In this document: positions 1 through 10,347 of the stretch, in pieces
How the letters are laid out: every line of letters begins with the position of its first letter
Position numbering within the stretch: position 1 is the stretch's first letter
DNA from: Azolla caroliniana
Lineage: Eukaryota; Plantae; Polypodiophyta
Assembly (NCBI GenBank): GCA_043228905.1
Contig: JBHGNT010000016.1
Location: 11,532,001 to 11,596,000, forward strand
Length of the DNA: 64,000 nt
Direction: 5' to 3'
Position numbers and translations under genes: made by a program
The notes under the pieces: generated by a model
What the model was told of the DNA's origin: nothing
Seen by the model: only the letters and a program-made list of their open reading frames with translations
The model's database searches: none

Positions 1-589
1 TTTTGGTGGAGCCAAGCAAGTCGCAAATGCTCTTGATCTTGGCGGTGTAGTCTAACACAGACATGTCTTTTTGCCAAATGTTGTTCAACTCTTGTCGGAG
101 TTGAAGCTTTCGGGCGGTCGTGTTGGCGGCAAACATTTTATTTAAGTTCGCCCATGCTTCTTTAGGAGTCTTGGCGTCTCGAATGTGGCTAAGCATGTGG
201 TCATGGACACATGTTGCCAAGCAATACATGACTTGACTTGTCGCTTGCTCCCATGTTGCATAGTCGGCGTTCTTTGAGTCAGGTCGATTTTCTTGAGCAC
301 CGTTGATGTAGCTCCAATACCGTTGGCCGATGAGGTATTGGGTCATCTTGTACTCCCAAGCTGAATAATTGCTCTGATCTAGCTTTTCACTAGGGAGCGA
401 GCTACCCATTTGTGTGTTCATGTTGATTGTGTCTTCTCCTCTTTTGCTTTTCTTCCTTCGATCACGTACACGTGCTACGTAGCGGCACTAGGGTAGTCAA
501 TAGCCGGATTTTGTCGTCGACGTCTCGAACACACAATCACGGAGTCGGGTGGGCTTAGTGGATTTTCTAAACCGCACGCTTTGATACCA
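1..589 (-). mobile_element. Ty1/copia internal 5' region: PBS and start of gag (runs off the window)
   Basis: The minus strand reads MNTQMGSSLPSEKLDQSNYSAWEYKMTQYLIGQ..., homologous to the gag at 12697. PBS TGGTATCAAAGC (tRNA-iMet) at 589-578 abuts the LTR. Confidence 0.9.
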
Positions 590-1052
590 TGTTAAGAATT
601 AGGTAAGTAATTAAGCAAGGGTTAATTAGTACCTAATTATGTGATAGTTTATAAGCGGAAGATTAAGTGATATGTGTATGTATGTATGTGAGAGGAAGAG
701 AGAGAGAGTGTGTGTGTGTGTGAGAGAGAGATACACTTATGAATAACACAAGATGGGGGATGAGTAACTATGTTAAATTAGTATTATCATCATCAAATCC
801 AAAAATACCCACAATGAGGTATATATATACATCTCATGTGCAAAGGTGCACATGTGTGAATGGAATATAGGTACTAAGGTATAAGTCCAATATTAAATGT
901 ACTTAGAATGGAGGATCTAGAATATCTCAATTAAGTACAAGGTCCTATTTAAGGCGTTATAGTCAACACTTCTAACTAGATTCTATCTAGGTAACTATGA
1001 AGTTACATGCTTAACTAACTAACTAAACTAATTTGAGCTTGATCTCTCAACA
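590..1052 (-). repeat. 5' LTR of the copia element
   Basis: TG...CA termini. The minus strand starts TGTTGAGAGATCAAGCTCAAAT, similar to the LTR start at 12149. Directly next to the PBS. Confidence 0.85.
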
Positions 1053-1159
1053 CTTCATATACACCTTATGGCTAAAAAACAAAAGAAACTGAAATTAGAA
1101 AAAAGAAGAAATCAACAAAGCAATCAAATCAAAATGATACATGCACATAGATGACTCAC

Positions 1160-2771
1160 TTTTGAAACTCTGTGACCATTTCGTCAAGGCTAAACTACTT
1201 GGTGACCACTCTTGATAATACAGATATCAATAATCTGTCATCCTTAATTCCTTGCAGTGACCGCCAATGAAGTAGCTTCATATCTTCGGCTAACTCTTCA
1301 ATTACTAAGTCACTTTTACGTGACTTAGATTTCATCTCCACCTATGGGTCGAGCTTAGCCTTCTTTGACCCTTTATTTCTTTACGCTCCCACATACTAAA
1401 AATGCAATCGTGGAGGTCCCACACCTCCCATGTTCTGAAGGCAAGTTAAAACCATGAATCATATTTTCTCAGGCCTTCAGACTTGGTGCTTTCGTTAACT
1501 GCTATCCCCACTTCAAGCAGACATTGTCGTCGCAATCCAGGATGCAGCTGAGGACCAAATTTTTGCAGCGCATCAAGGTACTCGTGATGGAAGAACTTGA
1601 TGCGTTCGATACATGACATATTTTTTCTATAGTCATTATCGTTGTTATGATCCCAAGCTAACAACTTGGCTTCTTCATGTGTAAGGTCTGCATACACTTT
1701 ACATTCTGCATACTTGAAGAAAGGGGTAAGAGGATACTCCTTGACCAACTGACGTCAGGCTTCAGCATAGGGGGATCCTCCAATCAGATAGTATGTGTAG
1801 TCATCTACCAAACTGTACTTGAATTCATCAACAATAGGGCATTGATCTAGGTCGATCATTACTAAGAATGGCACTAAACTCGCATGTGGATTAATCTTCA
1901 TTTTGCTTTTTAAGTTCTGCACATGCATTGAATGTGGCTCTCTAATTTCTAGAGCTCGTCTTCTTGTCTCCGGATCGATGGGTGGCCATTGAATATAGCA
2001 TATTGGTAAGTGAAATAATTGTCCTTTACGGACAAGCTTCGTCTTTACAATATTTTCTTTGATCCGATTCTGCTCTGAGGTGAGTATCCCCGATGAAATG
2101 TGGCCCCCTAGAGGAATAACTTCGAGCTCGGCGTCTTCCTCCTCATCGTCTACGAACTCGAGGACCTCCAGCTTGTCCTCTTCTGGTTGCTGCCTTTTCT
2201 TGTACTTCTTATGTTTCGGTTTAGACTTGTTGGCAGACTTTGGTGGGGTTGTTGCTTGTGTGACCATCAACTCTCCCTTAATGTACGGGCGCAAAGCAAC
2301 AATCAAGTTGTTTTTTGTCTGAACATCCTTTTTTAGGGCTTTAGGGTGGTAGGAGTCAGTATGAAATTACGTGCATTGATCTTGACTCTCTGAAACCCCA
2401 CTGAGCTATCAACATCGAAGAAGAGGTTCGATGAGTCGTTGTCTTCATATTCGATGTTCCGTATGTAGCCGTAGGTGAATGTCTTTCCCACCTGCACTTC
2501 ACCTTCAGACTTTGCAAGAATAAGAAGGAGGTCCCCTTCTTCCTCGGTGTAGATCAGTGTCCACTCCACATCAGGGTAGCTCTTTAGGTGAGGCTCCCCA
2601 CTCTTTTCGCCTAAAGTCTTTGGCGTGTTACCGACAAAAGACTTTAGAGTGTCGTCACCTCCTAACTCGATAAATATTTTGCGAGAATTAGCTTTCATCA
2701 TGGTGTCAAAAGGTCTTCTTGTTGGTGATGAAATTTTTAGTTTGAAGGACGGCACCTTCTGTCGTGGCTCA
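1160..2771 (-). pseudogene. Large exon of a decayed, spliced gene encoding a ParB/Sulfiredoxin-like domain protein
   Basis: ORFs 2333-2794, 1755-2306 and 1446-1748 join through one frameshift (~2340) and in-frame stops (1755, 1446). AG acceptor at 2773-2772; GTGAGT donor at ~1159. Motif YYLIGGSPYAEA*RQL...VYADLTHEEAKLLAWDHN. The domain call is by eye. Confidence 0.6.
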
Positions 2772-2921
2772 CTAAAAACAACAAGGCAGGACACAAGGAT
2801 ATAACAATAATGTTAATAATAAACACCTCGTTGAAAGGGATACACCTCGATTTTGGAAGCAAAAAATGAATATAAAAAAAGAATCTTTTTGGAATCTAAA
2901 CTGTTGGGTTGGAAAACATAC

Positions 2922-3039
2922 CTAGCAATATTCTTTCCCTTGTTCATGTTGATGTCGGATATGTTTACTTGACCGGGGAGGCGAAAACTCGACGATTTTG
3001 GTTGCTGAGTGCTCTTATGCTCTTCTTCTGCTTAACCGT
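2922..3039 (-). pseudogene. Upstream exon of the same pseudogene, split by the gypsy insertion (other part ~10352-10380)
   Basis: GTATGT donor at 2921. Splicing intron 2772-2921 gives the in-frame junction KGKNIA-S-EPRQK. The exon continues past the TSD at 10348-10351. Confidence 0.55.
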
Positions 3040-3832
3040 TGTCGTGAAGAAAACCGTCCCTAGGCGGAATCGGCGCACCAAGGCGTGGGAACCGGTTCTT
3101 CGCGCGCGCACGCTCCAAGTTGTACATAGAAGCGAGTTAGGAGGATAATCGGCAGGAACGGGCCCTAACACGAGTGGAGACAAAGACCGCGCAAACAGTC
3201 TTTTCGGTGGCGCGCGCGAGCTAAGGAACTGTACGAGTCGGCGGCGTAACTACGCGGATGCGCGAAGAACGGAGCGGATCCCTGTTCGAAAGGGACAGGG
3301 AATAAAGCTGACAGGAGGGCCTGCTCGTCGATATATAAGGAGCAGGAAAGAGCTGTTGAAAACATCTCGCGCAGAGAGGACGAAGTGCTGTCGGACCGTT
3401 TCTGGACGCTTCTCTCTCTGTTTCCTTCCTTCTTGAGCTCCATAGCTTTTCTGTGCAGGGTTCCGGGGAGGCCCGCGCTGTTTTGAGGAACGCCCGAGTG
3501 CTTCCGGCAGCACCTCCGACCTGCTACCCCTTTGTGCGTCGAAGCGAACAAGCATCGGCATCTGTTCGCCGGCCTGTTCGGCTGTAGCCAACCTGTGCCC
3601 ATCGAGGGTTGTAGTCGTGTTAGCCATTTTTGTTGATATACATATTCAGTCATTCGCATCTGTCTGTGTCGGTGTCTGTTCGCGTTCTCCGTGCTGAAGG
3701 GCCGTGTCCCTGTGTATCCCCGGTCCTGCGTAGCCGGTTCTCTCTCTTTCTCCCCCCCCCTCGCTTGCTCTTTGGTTCGAGACCCCTGCGGTCCCGCCTC
3801 GTTTCCACACGCACTTGCGTAATTTCTCGACA
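3040..3832 (+). repeat. 5' LTR (793 bp)
   Basis: TGTCGTG...TCGACA. I see 2 substitutions and a 2-bp poly-C length difference relative to the 3' LTR. Confidence 0.97.
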
Positions 3833-3836
3833 TCTT

Positions 3837-3854
3837 TGGTGAACCCGACGTGAA
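3837..3854 (+). promoter_or_regulatory. Primer-binding site complementary to tRNA-Trp
   Basis: TGGTGAACCCGACGTGAA is the reverse complement of the plant tRNA-Trp(CCA) 3' end TTCACGTCGGGTTCACCA. It lies 4 nt after the LTR. Confidence 0.85.
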
Positions 3855-3873
3855 GGAGGCGGCAGAAGAGCAG

Positions 3874-4875
3874 ATGATGAGGGGGTCGGATCTTGCAGAG
3901 GCCATGGCTTCGGCCGTGGATCGGATTGTAAACGCGCGCGAGGGCACCTGTGCCCTCGACAGAGCCATTGAGGCAGTCGTCGGCACGATCGGCCGGTTCG
4001 ATGGGAAGGATGCCACGAAGTATTTGGCGTCCTACGGTGCAGAGATGCTGATGCGGGACATTCCGGAAGAAAGGCGTCTTGCCGGATTTCCCCGAGTGGC
4101 GATGCCGAGCATCCATGCGGAGGTGCTCGAGGTGCGGGCGGAGAGCCGTACCTGGGAGGAGTTCGAAGGACGGCTCCTAGAGAAATACGGGCTGGACGAC
4201 GCGCTCCGGCTTTCGAAGCGAAGGTTCATGGAATGGGTGGAGTCCCCGGGGAAGGGAAGAAACGCGTCGGCACTCCTCCGGGAGTTCGAGGAAAACTTTG
4301 CGCGCCTTTCGGCGCTCGACCGAACCATCCTGGACACGAGCCGGGTCTTGCTGTTTGTCATGTCGGTTGACGAGCGGGATCGGGAGCAAGTGGGCCTCTT
4401 GCTGGAAACCGAAGACGGGCTCACTACCGACTGGGCGGCTGTCAAAAAAGTCTGTGGCCGTTTCGACAAACGGCGAGAATGGGCGGATAACGGGGCAACC
4501 GGGTCGGGCTCGGTCGCAGCAAGGGAGCTCGAACCAGCGCCACAGGTGCGAAAGGAAGAGACCCGAGAGTGGTTGGAAACCGATTCGGCTTCGACCAGCG
4601 TAGTCAGAGGCTCAACCGGAGGAGCGGCGCTGGAGGAATTGACGAGGGCGATAAAGGACCTCCAAATCGCGCAAGCCCGAAGGGAAGGTGGCGAACCGGC
4701 TCGTGACCGACGGCCGGCGGTAGGAAACAGGTGCATGTGGTGCGATGAAGTCGGCCACGTTCGGAAGGACTGCGGCGACTTCACGGAGGCGCTGAGGAAC
4801 AGGGTGGTGTACCTGTGGGAAGGACGGGTGCATGCCAGCGACACCCGAAGGGCCCTGAGCCGAAACGACGGGTGA
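3874..4875 (+). CDS. gag: Gag with CCHC zinc knuckle
   Basis: CMWCDEVGHVRKDC. The TGA at 4873-4875 is in frame with the next ORF. Confidence 0.85.
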   Translation: MMRGSDLAEAMASAVDRIVNAREGTCALDRAIEAVVGTIGRFDGKDATKYLASYGAEMLMRDIPEERRLAGFPRVAMPSIHAEVLEVRAESRTWEEFEGRLLEKYGLDDALRLSKRRFMEWVESPGKGRNASALLREFEENFARLSALDRTILDTSRVLLFVMSVDERDREQVGLLLETEDGLTTDWAAVKKVCGRFDKRREWADNGATGSGSVAARELEPAPQVRKEETREWLETDSASTSVVRGSTGGAALEELTRAIKDLQIAQARREGGEPARDRRPAVGNRCMWCDEVGHVRKDCGDFTEALRNRVVYLWEGRVHASDTRRALSRNDG

Positions 4876-4881
4876 GGTGGT

Positions 4882-6003
4882 ATGAAAAGGTTGATGGAAG
4901 AGGCGGCGGCCCGACACGCGGAAACCGTCCACTACTCGGCGTCGGCCGGCATTCGAGTCGGGGGCGGCGAGGCCCGAAGGGAAAGCAAAGCCGGATTCTG
5001 GCCGACGATGCTGGAAGGCCTTGCCGGTGCAAGGCTTAAAGGGGAGGAATCGGACCGTGCGGAGAAACGGGTACGGGAGATGACCGGGTGGAGCGACCCG
5101 GTCGAGGAAAAGACGGGCTTCGTGGAAGCCGCTTGCCAGAACTACGAGGCTCTGGTAGAAGAGAAGCGGGTGGGGAAACCCGGGACGAACGGGCCCTCAC
5201 AACGATACGAGACCCGGTCCGGGCCACGACGGGACGAAGCCGGCGGGGCCGGTACGCAAGATAAACCCCAGAAGGGCGGGTACCGTCTGGGGACGGAGAT
5301 AGAAAGGACCACGGACTTACGAAAGGTCCTGGAGGAACGGATCCTCGACAGCAAGGTGGAGCTGTCGTTACGAGAGGTGCTGGGAATCGCCAAGAAGGAG
5401 TTCCACGACTCCATCGTGGACTTGGTGAAACGGAAGAGGCTGTCAACGGAGACAGAACCGGAAAGACTGGTGGAAGTGCGGACGACGCACCTAGACGACA
5501 TGGCGCTGGGAGACGAGTGGGCGGAAAGCCACTATTCGAGACCACCTTGGGCCCGAGCGACCACGGAAACCCCGGTGAAGATCGGCGATGTCCAGGAACC
5601 GGTGATAGCTTTGGTGGACCACGGATCGGAGATCAATTTGATGTCCATGGACTTCTATAGAAAGGGTAAATGGCTGATCAACACCAAGCACGGGTGGAAA
5701 ATAAGGGCAGCAACGCGCGCCACCGAGGAACTGCACGGGGCCTGTCCGAATGTGCGAGTCAAGATCGGCGACGTCGAGATTGACCAGCAATTCTTCGTGC
5801 AGGAGACGTCTTCGTATCCGGTCATACTGGGAGAGCCGTACATCACGGCGGCGCGAATGGAGACCAAGGTGTTGGACAATGGTTCGGCCTACGCGAGGGT
5901 CAAAAGCCAAGACGGGCGCCATTCGGTCCAGTTTCTGACGGTACGGCCGAACCACGAACGTAACCGCGAATCCCTCGGTTTCGAAAACCGAGAGGATTTT
6001 TAG
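4882..6003 (+). CDS. Gag C-terminal part plus aspartic protease
   Basis: Catalytic motif ALVDHGSEINLMS and second motif VILGEPY. Same frame as gag. Confidence 0.85.
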   Translation: MKRLMEEAAARHAETVHYSASAGIRVGGGEARRESKAGFWPTMLEGLAGARLKGEESDRAEKRVREMTGWSDPVEEKTGFVEAACQNYEALVEEKRVGKPGTNGPSQRYETRSGPRRDEAGGAGTQDKPQKGGYRLGTEIERTTDLRKVLEERILDSKVELSLREVLGIAKKEFHDSIVDLVKRKRLSTETEPERLVEVRTTHLDDMALGDEWAESHYSRPPWARATTETPVKIGDVQEPVIALVDHGSEINLMSMDFYRKGKWLINTKHGWKIRAATRATEELHGACPNVRVKIGDVEIDQQFFVQETSSYPVILGEPYITAARMETKVLDNGSAYARVKSQDGRHSVQFLTVRPNHERNRESLGFENREDF

Positions 6004-6059
6004 AGAGGACTGCCAAGGCGTGGGGCCGCGACAGTCCGGATGCTCCGGGAAAACCCCAC
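5994..6059 (+). promoter_or_regulatory. Putative -1 ribosomal frameshift signal (slippery heptamer plus pseudoknot)
   Basis: G GAT TTT immediately before the TAG stop, a 6-nt spacer, stem 1 GGACTG(6007-12)/CAGTCC(6032-37), stem 2 GTGGGG(6020-25)/CCCCAC(6054-59). Confidence 0.7.
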
Positions 6060-6097
6060 ATCTGTACGATAAAACCGTGTGCAATAGGTAGGAAATT

Positions 6098-9000
6098 TTG
6101 CTTCTCCGACAGCGGAGCATGTACGATGGTCGGCATCGCCGGCCGAGAGAAACAAAGACGGAGGGGAGGCTTCGAGCATGCGGAGTTCTCGGCCCTGACG
6201 AAGAAATCAACGGAGCCGTGGAGGCAGTCTCCTTCGACGACACCTTGGGAATGCTGGGGAAGGTAGTCGAAGGAGACCTTAACGGAGACCGGACGATACC
6301 GGTATGTTCCGAAGAAATGTACGAAGTCATCGCGGACTTCGGTCGAGGGCTCGAGTCGGAACGGACGGCCCGAGTTAGCACCAAGTACAAGACTGTGGAC
6401 CGGAAGGTGAGGCCAGTTGCGGCGCCCTTACCGGAGGGCAGCGAATCCCGAATCAAAGGGGTTGCATCGGACCCCAGCTTACGAGATCCGGCCTGCATAG
6501 GACACACCTTCACCAACGAGACGCTCCGCGAGCTGAAGATCGGTGGGGGCGGGTTCCTACTGCCGGCGGAGGAAGGCCGGTTTCGGAGAATGCTCGGAAG
6601 GCACGGGAAAGCCTTCGCATTCTCACCGGAGGAAATCGGGTGCGTAAACCCGACGATCGTAGAGCAGATGGTGATATTCACGGTACCGCATGTACCGTGG
6701 AATCTCAAGCCAATTCCGGTTCCGAGAGCTCACATCCCGAAGCTGATGGAGCTGTTGAAGCAGAAAGTTGATATGGGCATTCTCGAGCCGTCGAGCGCCC
6801 CGTATTCAAACCGATGGTTTACCGTACCAAAGAAAAACGGATCGTTGCGCTTCATTCAGGACCTGCAGCCGGTCAATAGAGTGACCATTCGGAATGCAGG
6901 GATCGGACCGACCATAGACGAGTTCGCGGAGGCCTTCGCCGGAAGGTCGATTTACTCGGTCGGTGATCTATACTCAGGGTACGACCAGTTCCAGCTAGCC
7001 GTGGAGAGCAGAGACATTACGACGATGCGAACTCCCCTCGGCCTAGTGCGGATGTGTACGCTGCCGCAAGGAGGGACCAACTCGGTGGCCCACATGGTGA
7101 ATGCAATGAACAAGGTGCTGAGGGACTGCATCCCGGACATCACCATGCCGTTTCTAGACGACATCCCGATCAAGGGATGCCTGGTAGAAGAGAAGGATGA
7201 GACGATCGGGCCGGACGAATGCCGGCGATTCGTGGTGACGCACATCGACGACTGCGAGAAGGTGCTGCAAAGGCTAGAGGATGCGAGGCTCACCTTCTCG
7301 GGGGAGAAGTCAGCCTTCGGGCAGTCGGAAATCATGGTGGTCGGACATTTATGTGGACCATATGGCCGGAAACCGTCTCCGGCAAAGGTAGAAGCCATCT
7401 CCGCGATGAAGCCTGATTGCAGCTCGGTCATGGAAGTACGAAGATTCTTGGGAGCATGCGCCTTCTACCACATATGGATCCCGCATTACGCGCACGTTGC
7501 GGAGCCGCTGTACGGATTATTGAAGAAGGGGCGAAGATTCGAATGGCTAGACAAGCACACGGAGTCGGTCCGGAAGCTGAAGGAGGCTCTTTCGGCAGCA
7601 CCGGCGCTCCGAAAGGCCGTCTACAGGAAGGGCACCCCAGTGTACATAACGGTTGACACGAGTCCGACCGGGATCGGGTGGGTCGTCAACCAAGAAGACG
7701 AGGACGGCAATCGGTTTCCGATCCGATTCGGCGCGAAGGTCCTCAGTGAGCGGCAGCGAGGATACGCCCAGGTTAAACGCGAACTCTGGGGTATCGTTTC
7801 GGCGGTGAAGGCTGACAAGGACTATCTGATCGGGACAGAGGTAATCATAGAGACGGATTGCATGCCGATTCTCGGTATGGTTTCCGGATGCGCGACGCCG
7901 GACCTGGCAATGCTCAGGTGGATAGCGTACATCAAGTCCCTGGACCCGGAAATACGACACATTTCCGGGAAAGACAACGCCATGGCCGACATGCTTTCAA
8001 GGGCGAGATTCGATGACGAGGGCGGCATGGTTTCGGAGGACGAAGAGGTCGGCGTGGACTTCTTCGAGGCAGCATACGTAACAACCGGCGGGACGAGCAC
8101 TCCGGCGCTTAACGACTTCGACGCGAGCAAGTACGACGGGGAGTGGCTGCAGATCGGCGGGTTTTTGAGGACAATGGCGCCGGATGCGTCATGGACGAAA
8201 GACAAGGCCAACCGGATCCGGAAGAAAGCGTACCGGTTCTTTCTCCGGGATGGCTATCTATGGAAGCACCCGAAGAAGAGGGACGGCGCTCCGCTCCGGG
8301 TGGTGGCGATGAAGGAGGAACAGGAGGAGCTGCTGACGGCCTACCACGACAGCCCTTGGGCCGGACACCGTGGAACTTGGGCCACGTTCGAGAAGATAAA
8401 GGAGAAGTACTGGTGGCCGGGACTGTACCGGGACGTGCATCGATTAGTGACAACTTGCGAGAGCTGTCAGATGCACTCCGTGGTCCGACACCGGGACGAG
8501 CTTCACCCTACGTACCCTCCGACCATCCACTTCAAATGGATGGTAGATTTGGTGACGATGCCAATGGGGGTAGGACAGATGCGGTACCTGGTCCTGGCGC
8601 GGGAGGATCTGACGAACCAGGTGGAAGGCCGGGCCCTTCCGAACAAAACGACCGCGGCCGTATGTCGGTTCCTAATCGAGGACGTGATATGCCGGTACGG
8701 GTGCGTCGGGAAGATCGTGGCTGACCGAGGGGAGTTGGACGCCGAAGAAGCCGCGGAGCTGTTCGACCGGCTGGGAGTCAAGCTCTCGCTCACCACTGCG
8801 TACAATCCGGAGGCGAATGGAAAGGTGGAGCGCGGACACGGACCGATCGTCAAGGCGCTGGTTCGAGCATGCGGGGGCCAAGTCGGTAACTGGCCGCGGC
8901 TGCTACCTTATGCTTTGTGGGCAGACCGGACCACGCACAGTTCGGTAACCGGGTACATGCCGACGGAGCTCATGTTCGGCCAGAAGCCGATCATGCCGAT

Positions 9001-9481
9001 GGAACGGACGATCTCCTCGTGGGCAACGGTCGACTGGAGGGACGAGATGAGCCGGGAGGAGTTGTTGGCCGCGCGTATGCGACAGCTCGAGCGGAGACCG
9101 GAGGACGTGGAACTGGCTGCGAAGAAGCTCCGGGTGACGAGGACAAAGAACAAAGCCAGGTTCGACCGAACGCACCGGCTCCGACCGAAGAAAATCGAAG
9201 AAGGTGACTGGGTGCTCGTCTACGACAGCAGCCTCGACAACCAGCACCGAGCTACACGGAAGTTCGCACGAAGGTGGTTCGGGCCTTACGTGGTACGGAG
9301 CGCCAATGACAACGGGACATATCACCTGGCGGAACTAGACGGCACGAGAATGGCGATACCGGTTGCAGGGAAGCGGATCAAAGCGTTCAAGAAGCGACAC
9401 GACGACGAGCCGGACCCGGCTCTCCTAGTCAGCAGTGACGAACGATCCGAAAACGAGGAAGAACCGACGGGCGAGGAATGA
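6098..9481 (+). CDS. pol: Pol: reverse transcriptase, RNase H, integrase
   Basis: RT motifs LPQG and FLDD; RNase H TVDTSPTG and ETDC; integrase HHCC (YHDSPWAGH...CESC), DDE core, GPY/F motif (WFGPY). Confidence 0.95.
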   Translation: MLLRQRSMYDGRHRRPRETKTEGRLRACGVLGPDEEINGAVEAVSFDDTLGMLGKVVEGDLNGDRTIPVCSEEMYEVIADFGRGLESERTARVSTKYKTVDRKVRPVAAPLPEGSESRIKGVASDPSLRDPACIGHTFTNETLRELKIGGGGFLLPAEEGRFRRMLGRHGKAFAFSPEEIGCVNPTIVEQMVIFTVPHVPWNLKPIPVPRAHIPKLMELLKQKVDMGILEPSSAPYSNRWFTVPKKNGSLRFIQDLQPVNRVTIRNAGIGPTIDEFAEAFAGRSIYSVGDLYSGYDQFQLAVESRDITTMRTPLGLVRMCTLPQGGTNSVAHMVNAMNKVLRDCIPDITMPFLDDIPIKGCLVEEKDETIGPDECRRFVVTHIDDCEKVLQRLEDARLTFSGEKSAFGQSEIMVVGHLCGPYGRKPSPAKVEAISAMKPDCSSVMEVRRFLGACAFYHIWIPHYAHVAEPLYGLLKKGRRFEWLDKHTESVRKLKEALSAAPALRKAVYRKGTPVYITVDTSPTGIGWVVNQEDEDGNRFPIRFGAKVLSERQRGYAQVKRELWGIVSAVKADKDYLIGTEVIIETDCMPILGMVSGCATPDLAMLRWIAYIKSLDPEIRHISGKDNAMADMLSRARFDDEGGMVSEDEEVGVDFFEAAYVTTGGTSTPALNDFDASKYDGEWLQIGGFLRTMAPDASWTKDKANRIRKKAYRFFLRDGYLWKHPKKRDGAPLRVVAMKEEQEELLTAYHDSPWAGHRGTWATFEKIKEKYWWPGLYRDVHRLVTTCESCQMHSVVRHRDELHPTYPPTIHFKWMVDLVTMPMGVGQMRYLVLAREDLTNQVEGRALPNKTTAAVCRFLIEDVICRYGCVGKIVADRGELDAEEAAELFDRLGVKLSLTTAYNPEANGKVERGHGPIVKALVRACGGQVGNWPRLLPYALWADRTTHSSVTGYMPTELMFGQKPIMPMERTISSWATVDWRDEMSREELLAARMRQLERRPEDVELAAKKLRVTRTKNKARFDRTHRLRPKKIEEGDWVLVYDSSLDNQHRATRKFARRWFGPYVVRSANDNGTYHLAELDGTRMAIPVAGKRIKAFKKRHDDEPDPALLVSSDERSENEEEPTGEE

Positions 9482-9552
9482 AGACGGGCCAGTTTTCTCC
9501 GTCCCAACTCTCTTGGCGCATACCGGAGGATGCGCGGTTAGGTGGGGGCGGA

Positions 9553-10347
9553 TGTCGTGAAGAAAACCGTCCCTAGGCGGAATCGGCGCACCAAGGCGTG
9601 GGAACCGGTTCTTCGCGCGCGCACGCTCCAAGTTGTACATAGAAGCGAGTTAGGAGGATAATCGGCAGGAACGGGCCCTAACACGAGTGGAGACAAAGAC
9701 CGCGCGAACAGTCTTTTCGGTGGCGCGCGCGAGCTAAGGAACTGTACGAGTCGGCGGCTTAACTACGCGGATGCGCGAAGAACGGAGCGGATCCCTGTTC
9801 GAAAGGGACAGGGAATAAAGCTGACAGGAGGGCCTGCTCGTCGATATATAAGGAGCAGGAAAGAGCTGTTGAAAACATCTCGCGCAGAGAGGACGAAGTG
9901 CTGTCGGACCGTTTCTGGACGCTTCTCTCTCTGTTTCCTTCCTTCTTGAGCTCCATAGCTTTTCTGTGCAGGGTTCCGGGGAGGCCCGCGCTGTTTTGAG
10001 GAACGCCCGAGTGCTTCCGGCAGCACCTCCGACCTGCTACCCCTTTGTGCGTCGAAGCGAACAAGCATCGGCATCTGTTCGCCGGCCTGTTCGGCTGTAG
10101 CCAACCTGTGCCCATCGAGGGTTGTAGTCGTGTTAGCCATTTTTGTTGATATACATATTCAGTCATTCGCATCTGTCTGTGTCGGTGTCTGTTCGCGTTC
10201 TCCGTGCTGAAGGGCCGTGTCCCTGTGTATCCCCGGTCCTGCGTAGCCGGTTCTCTCTCTTTCTCCCCCCCCCCCTCGCTTGCTCTTTGGTTCGAGACCC
10301 CTGCGGTCCCGCCTCGTTTCCACACGCACTTGCGTAATTTCTCGACA
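9553..10347 (+). repeat. 3' LTR (795 bp)
   Basis: Copy of 3040-3832, preceded by the PPT. Confidence 0.97.

Larger units (their letters stand above)
3040..10347 (+). mobile_element. Full-length young Ty3/gypsy non-chromovirus LTR retrotransposon
   Basis: Near-identical LTRs, 4-bp TSD CCGT (3036-3039 / 10348-10351), PBS at 3837, PPT AGGTGGGGGCGGA at 9540-9552, domain order gag-PR-RT-RH-INT, no chromodomain. Confidence 0.97.

Noticed and set aside
3165-4116. Long minus-strand ORFs over the LTRs (also 9759-10325) and antisense to gag/pol
   Set aside because: No recognisable motifs; expected in GC-rich sequence and duplicated only because the LTR is duplicated.
3040-10347. Bacterial or fungal contamination because of high GC
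   Set aside because: The element is integrated with a TSD into an exon that is continuous on both sides, and its PBS matches plant tRNA-Trp.
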